Source: Kiritimatiellia bacterium (GTDB lineage: Bacteria > Verrucomicrobiota > Kiritimatiellia > SLAD01). Taken from it: DNA of 50,728 bases. Both the position numbers and the translations under genes were made by a program. The notes below the pieces were generated by a model. It did not search any database and was not told the DNA's origin. It saw nothing but the letters and a program-made list of their open reading frames with translations. Positions 23,760-31,527 of the stretch are shown here, one piece after another. The stretch's first letter is position 1. Every line of letters begins with the position of its first letter. The stretch covers positions 1 to 50,728 of the forward strand of contig SLCI01000004.1 in NCBI GenBank assembly GCA_007125875.1, written 5' to 3'.

Positions 23760-24164
23760 ATGCCAAGAGTATTGGGTATAGATATCCCCGGATATAAACG
23801 AGTCGAATTCGCCTTACGCTACATTCACGGTATCGGGCCGACATTGGCGCGAGAGGTGTTGGCCAAGGCCGAAATTGATCCGGGCAAGAAGGCCAATGAT
23901 CTCGTCGATGAGGAGATCACCAAGCTGGCTCAGATTCTTCAAGAGGATTTCCGGATTGAGGGTGACTTGCGACGTGAGGTCGCCGCCAACATCCGTCGAA
24001 TCGTCAGTATTGGCAGCTATCGTGGTTTGCGCCATCGTCGCGGACTCCCTGTTCGCGGACAGCGCACCAGCACGAATGCGCGCACGCGCAAAGGACCGCG
24101 CCGTACAGTGGGTGCGGTACGTGGTAAGGAAGCCCGCTCGATGGCAAAACAAGCCGCTAAATAA
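23760..24164 (+). CDS. rpsM: 30S ribosomal protein S13
   Basis: 134 aa; [26 protein letters not shown]...[28 protein letters not shown]. Confidence 0.98.
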   Translation: MPRVLGIDIPGYKRVEFALRYIHGIGPTLAREVLAKAEIDPGKKANDLVDEEITKLAQILQEDFRIEGDLRREVAANIRRIVSIGSYRGLRHRRGLPVRGQRTSTNARTRKGPRRTVGAVRGKEARSMAKQAAK

Positions 24165-24180
24165 TTTGTTTCAGGAGTAA

Positions 24181-24735
24181 ATGAACATGGCTGAGGAGAA
24201 AGAACCCCAAGCAGAAGAGCAGACGCCCGTAGACGCGCCTGCCGCGCAGCCTGCGACCGAAGAGAAAGCAGATGCTGCCGCGAAGCCGGAACGTCGCAAG
24301 ACGGCCGAAGAAATTTTAAAGGAAGCGGAAGAACCCGCCGCTCCGGTTGCGAAAGCAAAGAAGAAGGGCAAAGGTAAAACGCAGCGGCATGTGCCGGTTG
24401 GCGTCGCGCATATCCGTGCGACTTTTAACAACACGGTCGTTACGATCACAGATCCTCGCGGTGGCGTGATTGCTTGGCGTACAGCCGGGCGCTGTGGATT
24501 CAAGGGATCGCGCAAGAGCACCGCGTTTGCGGCCACTATGGTCGCCCAGGAAACTGCGCGCGAAGCCATTGCCTATGGGTTAAATGAAATTGAAGTGCGG
24601 GTTCAGGGGCCGGGTGCCGGTCGTGAATCGGCCATTCGTGCCTTGCAGGCGGCGGGATTGACCATCACCGCTATTCAAGATGTCACGCCGGTGCCGCACA
24701 ATGGTTGTCGGCCGCCGAAGCGTCGGAGAGTGTAA
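24181..24735 (+). CDS. rpsK: 30S ribosomal protein S11 with ~55-aa N-terminal extension
   Basis: 184 aa. The S11 core begins at ..[22 protein letters not shown]. After M3 there is no in-frame Met before the core. ATG 24187 has better AGGAG spacing than ATG 24181. Confidence 0.95.
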   Translation: MNMAEEKEPQAEEQTPVDAPAAQPATEEKADAAAKPERRKTAEEILKEAEEPAAPVAKAKKKGKGKTQRHVPVGVAHIRATFNNTVVTITDPRGGVIAWRTAGRCGFKGSRKSTAFAATMVAQETAREAIAYGLNEIEVRVQGPGAGRESAIRALQAAGLTITAIQDVTPVPHNGCRPPKRRRV

Positions 24736-24755
24736 GTTTAGGAGTGTAGAGCATT

Positions 24756-25382
24756 ATGGGAAGATATACGGGACCCTCCTGTAAGCTTTGTCGCCGTGAA
24801 GGCATGAAGCTTTTTCTGAAAGGCGATCGCTGTTACATGGCCAAGTGTGCCATCGAGCAGGGACGTCAAGCGCCGGGCATGCATGGCCAGCGGCGCAGCA
24901 AGACGTCTGACTACGGTACGCAGCTGCGTGAAAAGCAGCGCTTGCGTCGTATGTACGGTCTGCAAGAAGCACAATTCCGCCTCTTCTTCGAGCGCGCCTC
25001 GCAGAAGACCGGCCGTACCGGTGAGACACTCCTTCAAATGCTGGAGTTCCGGCTGGATAATATTTGCTATCGTTTGGGCTTTGCTTCTTCACGCAAGTCC
25101 GCGCGTCAATTTGTCAATCATGGCCACGTGCTGGTCAATGGTCGCAAGAGCACCATTGCTTCGCGTGTCTTGAAAGCTGGCGATGTCGTCGAGGTTGTGA
25201 ATCGACCGGACAGTCGTGAGCTCGTGAAACCCACCATAGATACCGCTGAAAGCCGCGGGATTCCGGCGTGGCTGCGCCTCGATAAGGGCAACGCCAAAGG
25301 TGAACTGTTGCACGTGCCCAGCCGTGAAGAGATTCAGCCGATTGTCAACGAGCAGTTGATCGTGGAGTTGTACTCCAAGTAA
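24756..25382 (+). CDS. rpsD: 30S ribosomal protein S4 (Cys4 zinc type)
   Basis: 208 aa; MGRYTGPSCKLCRREGMKLFLKGDRCYMAKC...; S4 RNA-binding domain. Confidence 0.98.
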   Translation: MGRYTGPSCKLCRREGMKLFLKGDRCYMAKCAIEQGRQAPGMHGQRRSKTSDYGTQLREKQRLRRMYGLQEAQFRLFFERASQKTGRTGETLLQMLEFRLDNICYRLGFASSRKSARQFVNHGHVLVNGRKSTIASRVLKAGDVVEVVNRPDSRELVKPTIDTAESRGIPAWLRLDKGNAKGELLHVPSREEIQPIVNEQLIVELYSK

Positions 25383-25437
25383 ACCAAAACCTATCACCAT
25401 ACGAGCCGGTTAATGCCCGGTTCTGGGAGAGTTAATT

Positions 25438-26436
25438 ATGCCAATTCGATTGGGTCGTTTCGAAATGCCCAAGCGCGTCACGAAGGACGAGGGCGAGTCC
25501 ACCGAAAATTACGGTGTATTCGTGGCCGAGCCTTTTGAGGCGGGCTACGGCCGAACTATCGGTAATTCCTTGCGTCGTGTACTGCTTTCCTCGCTGGAAG
25601 GCGCGTCCATTTCCGCCATTAAAGTGGATGGCGCATTGCACGAATTCTGCACCTTGCCGGGCACGGTAGAAGATGTCACCGACATCATCATCAATTTAAA
25701 GGGTGTACTGATCAAAATGTACTCGCGCGAGCCGCGCAAATTGACCTTGAGCGTCAAAGGGCCTGGCGAAGTGACCGCGGGTGACATCCAAACAGACGGT
25801 ACGGTTGAGATCCTGAATCCGGATCATCACATCGCGACGTTGGACGAAGACGGCAAGATCGAGGCGGAACTGGAAGTGCGGATTGGGCGCGGTTACTGCC
25901 CGGCGGAAGGCAATAAGAAAGAGAATCAGGAAATCGGTATTATTCCAATCGATTCGCTTTTCTCACCGGTTCGCCGTGTCAAGTATAGCGTCGATAACAC
26001 GCGCGTGGGGCGTCGTACCGATTTTGACAAGCTCACGTTGGAAGTCTGGACCGATGGTCGTTTGACCCCGGATGATGCGTTGACGCAGGCGGCGGCCATT
26101 TTGAAGCATCACTTGGATGTCTTTGTCAGCTACGACAAGGATCAAATCGAATTTGATCAGCAAGAAAGTCAGCGTGATGAAGAGCGCGAAGAGCTGGCGC
26201 GCAAGTTGGCCATGAGCGTCAACGAGATCGAGCTGAGTGTGCGCGCAGCCAACTGTCTCAACAATGCCAACATCGTCACGGTCGGTGAGTTGGCTCAGAA
26301 GACAGAAGCCGAGATGCTGAAGTATAGGAATTTTGGTAAGAAGTCCTTGAACGAAATCAAAGCCAAATTGGTGGAGATGGGGCTCGGGCTGGGAATGCAG
26401 TTCGAAGACGACGTGCTGCGCGGCCCCAAGAACTAA
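25438..26436 (+). CDS. rpoA: DNA-directed RNA polymerase subunit alpha
   Basis: 332 aa; NTD GYGRTIGNSLRRVLLSS; CTD ELSVRAANCLNNANIVTVGEL...NFGKKSLNEIK. Confidence 0.99.
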   Translation: MPIRLGRFEMPKRVTKDEGESTENYGVFVAEPFEAGYGRTIGNSLRRVLLSSLEGASISAIKVDGALHEFCTLPGTVEDVTDIIINLKGVLIKMYSREPRKLTLSVKGPGEVTAGDIQTDGTVEILNPDHHIATLDEDGKIEAELEVRIGRGYCPAEGNKKENQEIGIIPIDSLFSPVRRVKYSVDNTRVGRRTDFDKLTLEVWTDGRLTPDDALTQAAAILKHHLDVFVSYDKDQIEFDQQESQRDEEREELARKLAMSVNEIELSVRAANCLNNANIVTVGELAQKTEAEMLKYRNFGKKSLNEIKAKLVEMGLGLGMQFEDDVLRGPKN

Positions 26437-26475
26437 GAACATTGGGTTTAACCTTTAGCGGACGAGAGTGGTATC

Positions 26476-26910
26476 ATGCGTCATCGTAAACGAACTATAA
26501 ATAAGTTGGGTCGCAACACGGCCCAGCGCGAAGCCCTTATGGCGAGCTTGGTATGTAACCTGATCATTGCAGGACGTATCAAAACGACATTGCCGAAGGC
26601 GAAAGCGGCTCGCCGCATGGCGGAGAAGATGGTCACGCTGGGTAAAAAGAATACCTTGGCAGCCCGTCGCCTGGCGATTTCGCGGTTGCGTCGCAAAGAG
26701 GTCGTGAAAGATCTCTTCGATCAAGTGGCACCGGCCTTTGCAGACCGTCAAGGCGGCTACACGCGAATTCTGAAGCTCGGTCAGCGCATGAGCGACAGCT
26801 CGGAGATGGCGTTGTTGGAGTGGGTGAACCACCAGCCTAAAGTTGCGACAGAGCAACCGACCAAAGTAGCAGGAAAAAGTGATAAGAAGGAAACCGACGC
26901 CGGCGAGTAA
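26476..26910 (+). CDS. rplQ: 50S ribosomal protein L17
   Basis: 144 aa; MRHRKRTINKLGRNTAQREALMASLV...GGYTRILKLGQR. Confidence 0.98.
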   Translation: MRHRKRTINKLGRNTAQREALMASLVCNLIIAGRIKTTLPKAKAARRMAEKMVTLGKKNTLAARRLAISRLRRKEVVKDLFDQVAPAFADRQGGYTRILKLGQRMSDSSEMALLEWVNHQPKVATEQPTKVAGKSDKKETDAGE

Positions 26911-26962
26911 ACGCGCGGAGTGGCGTCATTAATCAACAGAGAGACCAATAGGAGGTATCGCT

Positions 26963-27241
26963 ATGAGCATGACTAAGTCACAAACATTGAGCGCGTTGGC
27001 CGAGCGCACGGGATTGCAGAAGAAGGACGTTCAGTCCGTTCTGGATGAACTCACCAGCTTGGCCTATGTCGAGGCGAAGAACGGTTTTACCATCCCCGGC
27101 TTGGGTAAATTGGTGCAAGTGGATCGCGCGGCCCGTATGGGACGTAACCCGGCAACGGGCGAAACGATTCAGATTCCGGCGAAGAAAGTGGTTAAGTTCC
27201 GCATCGCCAAAGCCTGCAAGGAAGCCATTCTGGGCGCGTAA
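26963..27241 (+). CDS. hup: HU/IHF-family nucleoid-associated DNA-binding protein
   Basis: 92 aa; AGGAGG upstream; beta-arm motif RAARMGRNPATGETIQIPAKKVVKFR. Confidence 0.9.
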   Translation: MSMTKSQTLSALAERTGLQKKDVQSVLDELTSLAYVEAKNGFTIPGLGKLVQVDRAARMGRNPATGETIQIPAKKVVKFRIAKACKEAILGA

Positions 27242-27264
27242 GCCCTGAGCGGAGATCCTGTTTT

Positions 27265-27297
27265 GGCCTCTTCGTCTTCGGGCGAAGAGGCCTTTTT
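27265..27297 (+). terminator. Rho-independent terminator closing the r-protein/HU transcription unit
   Basis: Perfect 10-bp stem GGCCTCTTCG / CGAAGAGGCC (27265-27274, 27283-27292), 8-nt loop, followed by TTTTT. Confidence 0.85.
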
Positions 27298-27302
27298 AGT
27301 TT

Positions 27303-28190
27303 ATGCCTGCCTTCACATGGTCCTATCCTGCCGCCCGCGCCTTTGAACTTTGTCGTCGCAAGCGCTATTGGCGCAATTACGCCGACTCCTCTGAGCGGGA
27401 CCAGGCGCGCATTTTGGGGCGTTTGATTAGCTCTCAGCAGTTGGCCGAACAGTCTGTAGTAGCCGCGGGCACGTGGTTGCGCGAGCAGGATCGCGATACG
27501 CTGACTGGTCAGGAAGCCTATGAACAGGCTGCGCGCCCCCTCTTGAATGACGTCTGGAAGAGTTCGCGCACGAAAGCATGGAAGCAGCCATCAGCAATTG
27601 GTACTTTGGGGATTTTAGAAGAGGTTCATGCGGAGCTTCATCCCGATTTCGACCCTAATTGGCCCGTCACGTTAAAGACTCAAATCCTTGAACAAATCGA
27701 GCAATTGTCGGCTCAGATGCAGCCGTTGTTTGCTGGCGTTCCGCGATCAGCCGACTGTGTGCTGGGCGAAAAACAGCAGTTTGAAATCGATCAGGTCAAG
27801 ATGCAAGTGGATCCGCATTGGGTATATCGCGAAAACGAGCGGATTCGCATACACCGCTGGGAATGCGGCCTGCCGGATCCGGCGGACCAGTATCACATGG
27901 GTCTGCTAGTGAAATGGGCGACCGCGACGTATGGCGTGTCGCCCGAAGAAGTCGATGTCATTTTCGAATACCTTGCGTTGGGACAATCGGTGACGGAATC
28001 GGATTCCACAGCATTGTTGCGAGCGGCAGAAGACTGGATGAAAGAATCATGGATGGATATGTCCGATTATCTCGAAAATGAGGATCGGCTCGAGAATCGG
28101 CCGCGGCCGAAACTGGAATGGGATATGACGCCGGACCGTGACGTTTGCAGGAACTGCTGCTATCATGCGCTCTGCAAACCAGAATGGTGA
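27303..28190 (+). CDS. PD-(D/E)XK-superfamily protein with Cas4/AddB-type Fe-S cysteines; function unknown
   Basis: 295 aa. The N-terminal SYPAARAFELCRRKRYWRNY resembles the Cas4/RecB-family CPRKYY motif. The C-terminal C282-x2-C285-x5-C291 plus C17 gives the 4-Cys cluster signature. An internal QVDPHW Asp is present. No canonical (D/E)xK was seen by eye. Confidence 0.6.
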   Translation: MPAFTWSYPAARAFELCRRKRYWRNYADSSERDQARILGRLISSQQLAEQSVVAAGTWLREQDRDTLTGQEAYEQAARPLLNDVWKSSRTKAWKQPSAIGTLGILEEVHAELHPDFDPNWPVTLKTQILEQIEQLSAQMQPLFAGVPRSADCVLGEKQQFEIDQVKMQVDPHWVYRENERIRIHRWECGLPDPADQYHMGLLVKWATATYGVSPEEVDVIFEYLALGQSVTESDSTALLRAAEDWMKESWMDMSDYLENEDRLENRPRPKLEWDMTPDRDVCRNCCYHALCKPEW

Positions 28191-28204
28191 CCGAAGGGAT
28201 CGTA

Positions 28205-28999
28205 ATGAAGTGGACTATAGATCGTGTGTGTAAGAGCAAAGGTGAGCAGAAGATTTCTTCGCTGACTGCATATGACTACACCTCCGCCCGATGGGTCGAT
28301 GCCGCCGGCATTCAATTGATCATTGTTGGCGACTCCTTGGGTATGACCATGTTGGGCTATGACTCGACCATTCCCGTTACGCTGGATGATATGATTCATC
28401 ATTCCAAGGCAGTTATGCGGGGCGTGAAGTCTGCACTGGTGGTCGCGGACATGCCGTTTTTGTCGTATCAGGCTAGTTTAGATGAGGCCGTCGCCAATGC
28501 CGGGCGCCTGCTGAAAGAGAGTGGCGTTGATGCCGTCAAGATTGAGGGCGGTGCGTTCCGGGTTGAGACCGTGAAGCATCTGATTGCCAATGGCATTCCG
28601 GTGATGGGGCATATAGGATTGACTCCTCAAAGCGTGCGCGCCTTCGGTGGCTACAAGGTGCAAGGGAAAACCGAGGCTGCTGCGAGTCAGCTGTTGGCCG
28701 ATGCGAAAGCACTGGCGGATGCGGGCATTTTTGCGTTGGTGCTGGAAGGTATGCCGGCCACATTGGCTGCTGAAATCACGCGTTCCATAGACATTCCCAC
28801 CGTCGGCATTGGCGCCGGACCGGACTGCGATGGCCAAGTGCTGGTTATGCACGATTTGTTGGGCTTATTCCCTGAGTTTAATCCGAAGTTTGTGAAGCGC
28901 TATGCTGATCTGGGTGCAGCGATGAAGTCCGCATTCGAGGCCTACCGATCCGAGGTCGAGCAAGGCCAATTCCCTGCGCCTGAACATTGCTACAAATAG
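28205..28999 (+). CDS. panB: 3-methyl-2-oxobutanoate hydroxymethyltransferase
   Basis: LTAYDYTSARWVDAAGIQLIIVGDSLGMTMLGYDSTIPVTLDDMIHH.. closely parallels E. coli PanB. ATG 28205 (GAAGGGA upstream) gives 264 aa. The ORF-track start at 28145 lies inside the upstream gene. Confidence 0.93.
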   Translation: MKWTIDRVCKSKGEQKISSLTAYDYTSARWVDAAGIQLIIVGDSLGMTMLGYDSTIPVTLDDMIHHSKAVMRGVKSALVVADMPFLSYQASLDEAVANAGRLLKESGVDAVKIEGGAFRVETVKHLIANGIPVMGHIGLTPQSVRAFGGYKVQGKTEAAASQLLADAKALADAGIFALVLEGMPATLAAEITRSIDIPTVGIGAGPDCDGQVLVMHDLLGLFPEFNPKFVKRYADLGAAMKSAFEAYRSEVEQGQFPAPEHCYK

Positions 29000-29001
29000 T
29001 T

Positions 29002-29430
29002 ATGAGCGAGCACGCTATACTTACGTGTTCACCCGCCGAAACTCAGGCGCTCGCGGCAGAGTTTGTTACAAAGTTATCTCCGGGATCGGTGCTGGCACTG
29101 CATGGCGATTTGGGCGCGGGCAAGACGTGCTTTGTACAAGGTCTGGCGCAGGGGCTTAAGGTTCAGCAGCCGGTATCCAGTCCGACCTATACGCTGGTTA
29201 ATGAGTATCGAGGGCATCTGCCACTATTTCACATTGACCTGTATCGCCTGCAAACGGCCGATCAAGCTTTAGATTTCGGATTGGATGAATACCTCGAGGG
29301 CGATGGTATCACCGCGATTGAGTGGCCCGAGCGGGCCGCCTCGGTACTTCCGCAACAGGCGCTGCATGTCTACTTGGAACATGGCCAGCAGGAACATCAG
29401 CGTCGCATCAGGCTTCCGCATATCTTATGA
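29002..29430 (+). CDS. tsaE: tRNA t6A37 biosynthesis ATPase TsaE
   Basis: Walker A GDLGAGKTCFVQG, SPTYTLVNEY, HIDLYRL, EWPE. ATG 29002 lies just after the panB stop. Confidence 0.9.
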   Translation: MSEHAILTCSPAETQALAAEFVTKLSPGSVLALHGDLGAGKTCFVQGLAQGLKVQQPVSSPTYTLVNEYRGHLPLFHIDLYRLQTADQALDFGLDEYLEGDGITAIEWPERAASVLPQQALHVYLEHGQQEHQRRIRLPHIL

Positions 29431-30122
29431 TTACTTTTGCCTTAGACCTATCTTCCGAAGTTGGATCCATCGCTATGCTCGAAGATGGTCAGTTACTGGG
29501 TCAGGAGGAGTTACTGCGTGCGCAGAATCGCACCACGCCGCTGATGGAGGCTATCGATGGCTTGCGTCGATCAGTAGGTCTGGAATGGGAAGGTGTGGAC
29601 CTCTTTGCGGCTGGCAGTGGGCCCGGACGCTACGCTGGCCTGCGAGTGGCTGTAACGACGGTCCAGCACCTAGCCTTGCCTGACCAGCGGCCGGTACGTG
29701 TTGTGCCCAGTGGCGCAGCATTAGCCGTGTCCGTTGCAGCGCAATCAAGAGAGGTTGAGCGCATTTTAGTGATCGGGGATGCCCGACGCGATCGTATATG
29801 GTGCGGCGAGTTTCTGGTGATGGATCCGGTTCTTGAGCAAGTTGGCGATTGGCGGCTGATCGAGCTGGCGGATGTGCCCGCCACGTTTGCGCAATCAGCC
29901 GATCAGGGGAGAACGCACATTATTTCGTCGGAGTGGGAACGCTTGCAGCCTTTGCTAGAATCCATTGCTGCTTGGGAATCTGATCAGTGGGAGCACAGTG
30001 CTGGCTGGCCGAGCGCGGAATGGATTGCCCGCTTAGCTGAACATGAAGAGCAGGTTGGCCTGCCACGAGCACCGCTGTCACCAATCTATCTGCATCCGCC
30101 GGTGGCCAAGGCCAATCAATAA
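29427..30122 (+). CDS. tsaB: tRNA t6A37 biosynthesis protein TsaB
   Basis: MITFALDLSSEVGSIAML..., GPGRYAGLRVAVTT (the usual GPGSFTGLRIG). ATGA overlap with the tsaE stop; 231 aa. Confidence 0.85.
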   Translation: MITFALDLSSEVGSIAMLEDGQLLGQEELLRAQNRTTPLMEAIDGLRRSVGLEWEGVDLFAAGSGPGRYAGLRVAVTTVQHLALPDQRPVRVVPSGAALAVSVAAQSREVERILVIGDARRDRIWCGEFLVMDPVLEQVGDWRLIELADVPATFAQSADQGRTHIISSEWERLQPLLESIAAWESDQWEHSAGWPSAEWIARLAEHEEQVGLPRAPLSPIYLHPPVAKANQ

Positions 30123-30387
30123 TGGGCGCCGAGGTCATTTTCATGGATTGACAGCATGACCCTCCTTCCTGTTAACTACGCGGCCATGGGACAGCAACTA
30201 AGAACACGAGTAAAACGCAAGGCGCGCACGCGCCGCAAGAAACGGCTGAAAGAGCGCGCGGCGAACAAGTCCGCGTAACGCCTGCTTTCACGATCCTTTT
30301 CCTTCCTTTTTGGTCCGATGACTATATCGTCGGGCCCTTTTGTGTTGCCTGTGCGCCGGATTATAGACGGGTACCAAGCTATTGCCC

Positions 30388-30560
30388 CCAGCGGGCTTGT
30401 CCCGCTGGAGCAAAAGTTTGATGAGATCCTCAGGCTCCAGGCCGGGACATTGGTCGGAGCGAGTCGGGCGTTTCCTCTGCACTCGCTCCAATCATTCCAG
30501 TCGTTCTGCGAAACATGGTGCAAATCCGGAACTTCCGCTCCAGCGAGGCAAGCTCGCTGG
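30388..30560. other. Cluster of three GC-rich perfect hairpins sharing an AGCG(A/G)G core, in an unassigned spacer
   Basis: CCAGCGGG-cttgt-CCCGCTGG (30388-30408). GGAGCGAGT-16 nt-ACTCGCTCC (30456-30489). CCAGCGAG-gcaag-CTCGCTGG (30540-30560). Hairpins 1 and 3 differ by a compensated G:C to A:T change. Confidence 0.55.
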
Positions 30561-30738
30561 GGGCGAAGAAGCGATTGCTCCGTCCGCTGGGTGTGGCGCG
30601 CTTCAGCCAAAAGCCGAAAACACCAACCTATGCGGTATCCCGTCCCCCCGCATCCCTTATCGTGCATCCAATTCTTTCCCGCGTGACATTAATCGTGTTC
30701 GGACGTATCGTTCAGCAATTGGATGAGGAGATCACGGT

Positions 30739-31095
30739 ATGATTTTGGTCGCGGATGATGACAAGGTAATTACGCAGCTCCTGCGTGTGATGTTGGAGGA
30801 GGCTGGATACGACGTAGAAGTTACGCATGACGGTGAGCATGCGTACGACTTCCTGAAGCGTGAAGACTGTGCCGGAGCAATCATCGATATTCGCATGCCG
30901 GGCCTAAATGGTGCGGAATTGCTGATGCTGATGACCGCGGAGCAAATAGAGGTGCCTGTTGTTGTAACCGCGGGTTTCCCCGATTTTGATGAAGAGGAAA
31001 TGAAGCAGTTTCCCAATGTGAAGCGATACTTCCTGAAGCCGCTCTATCCTGAAGAGGTATTGGCCGCGGTCAAAGAGATCGCACCCCTCAACTAA
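30739..31095 (+). CDS. Single-domain response regulator (CheY-like receiver only)
   Basis: 118 aa; MILVADDD.., phospho-acceptor context AIIDIRMPGLNG, VVVTAG, FLKP. There is no output domain and no adjacent histidine kinase. Confidence 0.9.
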   Translation: MILVADDDKVITQLLRVMLEEAGYDVEVTHDGEHAYDFLKREDCAGAIIDIRMPGLNGAELLMLMTAEQIEVPVVVTAGFPDFDEEEMKQFPNVKRYFLKPLYPEEVLAAVKEIAPLN

Positions 31096-31107
31096 GGAAC
31101 AGTGGGG

Positions 31108-31527
31108 ATGAAGAAGGCCCTATTGTTTCTCCCGCTGGCTATTGGTCTGGTCTACTTTGTTGCGCCCGATTGGAATCGTCGCGTGCCTGAAACGGCTCAC
31201 ATGCAGGAAGTCACCACCGCGACCTTTGATCAATATGTCGGACAGGTCGAAGGATGGGTCCTCGCCGATTTTTGGGCACCATGGTGTGGCCCCTGCCGCG
31301 CGATGATGCCTGATCTCGATGCGCTCGCTGCGGAGTTCGCTGGTCAGGTTACCTTTGTGAAAATAAACATCGATGAAAACCCGGAGTTGGCAGAGCGATT
31401 TCGTGTGCAGGCGATTCCTCAAGTCTATCTGTTCCGAAATGGCGGGGTGATTGCTGGATTTAACGGTCGAGCGTCGCGCAACGATATTCGCGACTGGATT
31501 GATCAACGGGTTAAGGTGCAAGGATGA
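31108..31527 (+). CDS. Thioredoxin with N-terminal signal/anchor helix
   Basis: WAPWCGPC active site. The N-terminal MKKALLFLPLAIGLVYFVAP is hydrophobic. AAGGAA lies 8 nt upstream of ATG 31108; the ORF-track GTG 31102 is too close to that site. Confidence 0.9.
   Translation: MKKALLFLPLAIGLVYFVAPDWNRRVPETAHMQEVTTATFDQYVGQVEGWVLADFWAPWCGPCRAMMPDLDALAAEFAGQVTFVKINIDENPELAERFRVQAIPQVYLFRNGGVIAGFNGRASRNDIRDWIDQRVKVQG

Noticed and set aside
237-26442. Many long antisense or out-of-frame ORFs inside the r-protein/rpoBC cluster. Examples: 9622-10557 (311 aa), 10768-11523, 11727-12488, 6047-6763, 14852-15484, 20171-20863, 22783-23580, 25963-26442.
   Set aside because: Each lies wholly within a confidently identified conserved gene on the other strand or frame. 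Their translations are Arg/His/Ser/Thr-rich with no recognisable motifs, as expected for open antisense frames in GC-rich coding DNA.
29920-30144. Minus-strand AGGAAGGAGGG (complement of 30160-30170) followed by short ORFs, and the 74-aa ORF antisense to the tsaB 3' end.
   Set aside because: The SD-like element is only 2 nt from the nearest ATG, and that frame stops after 13 codons. The 74-aa ORF lies antisense within tsaB and looks non-protein-like.
30279-30738. Tested the unassigned region on both strands for RNase P RNA, tmRNA and SRP RNA signatures.
   Set aside because: On the minus strand, GAGGAAACGCCCGAC only superficially resembles the RNase P GAGGAAAGUCCGGGC box, and it lies in the wrong order relative to a CCGG element. 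There is no tmRNA 5' GGGG..ACGA / 3' T-arm-CCA end, and no SRP GGAA tetraloop with a symmetric-loop motif. This was by-eye only, so Rfam should still be run.
30382-30741. ORF 30382-30726 is in the same frame as the receiver gene, separated only by TGA 30724-30726 plus four codons. This raised the idea of stop-codon read-through or selenocysteine.
   Set aside because: The upstream ORF translation is compositionally junk. The receiver begins with a typical M-ILVADDD N-terminus, and I saw no SECIS-like stem right after the TGA.
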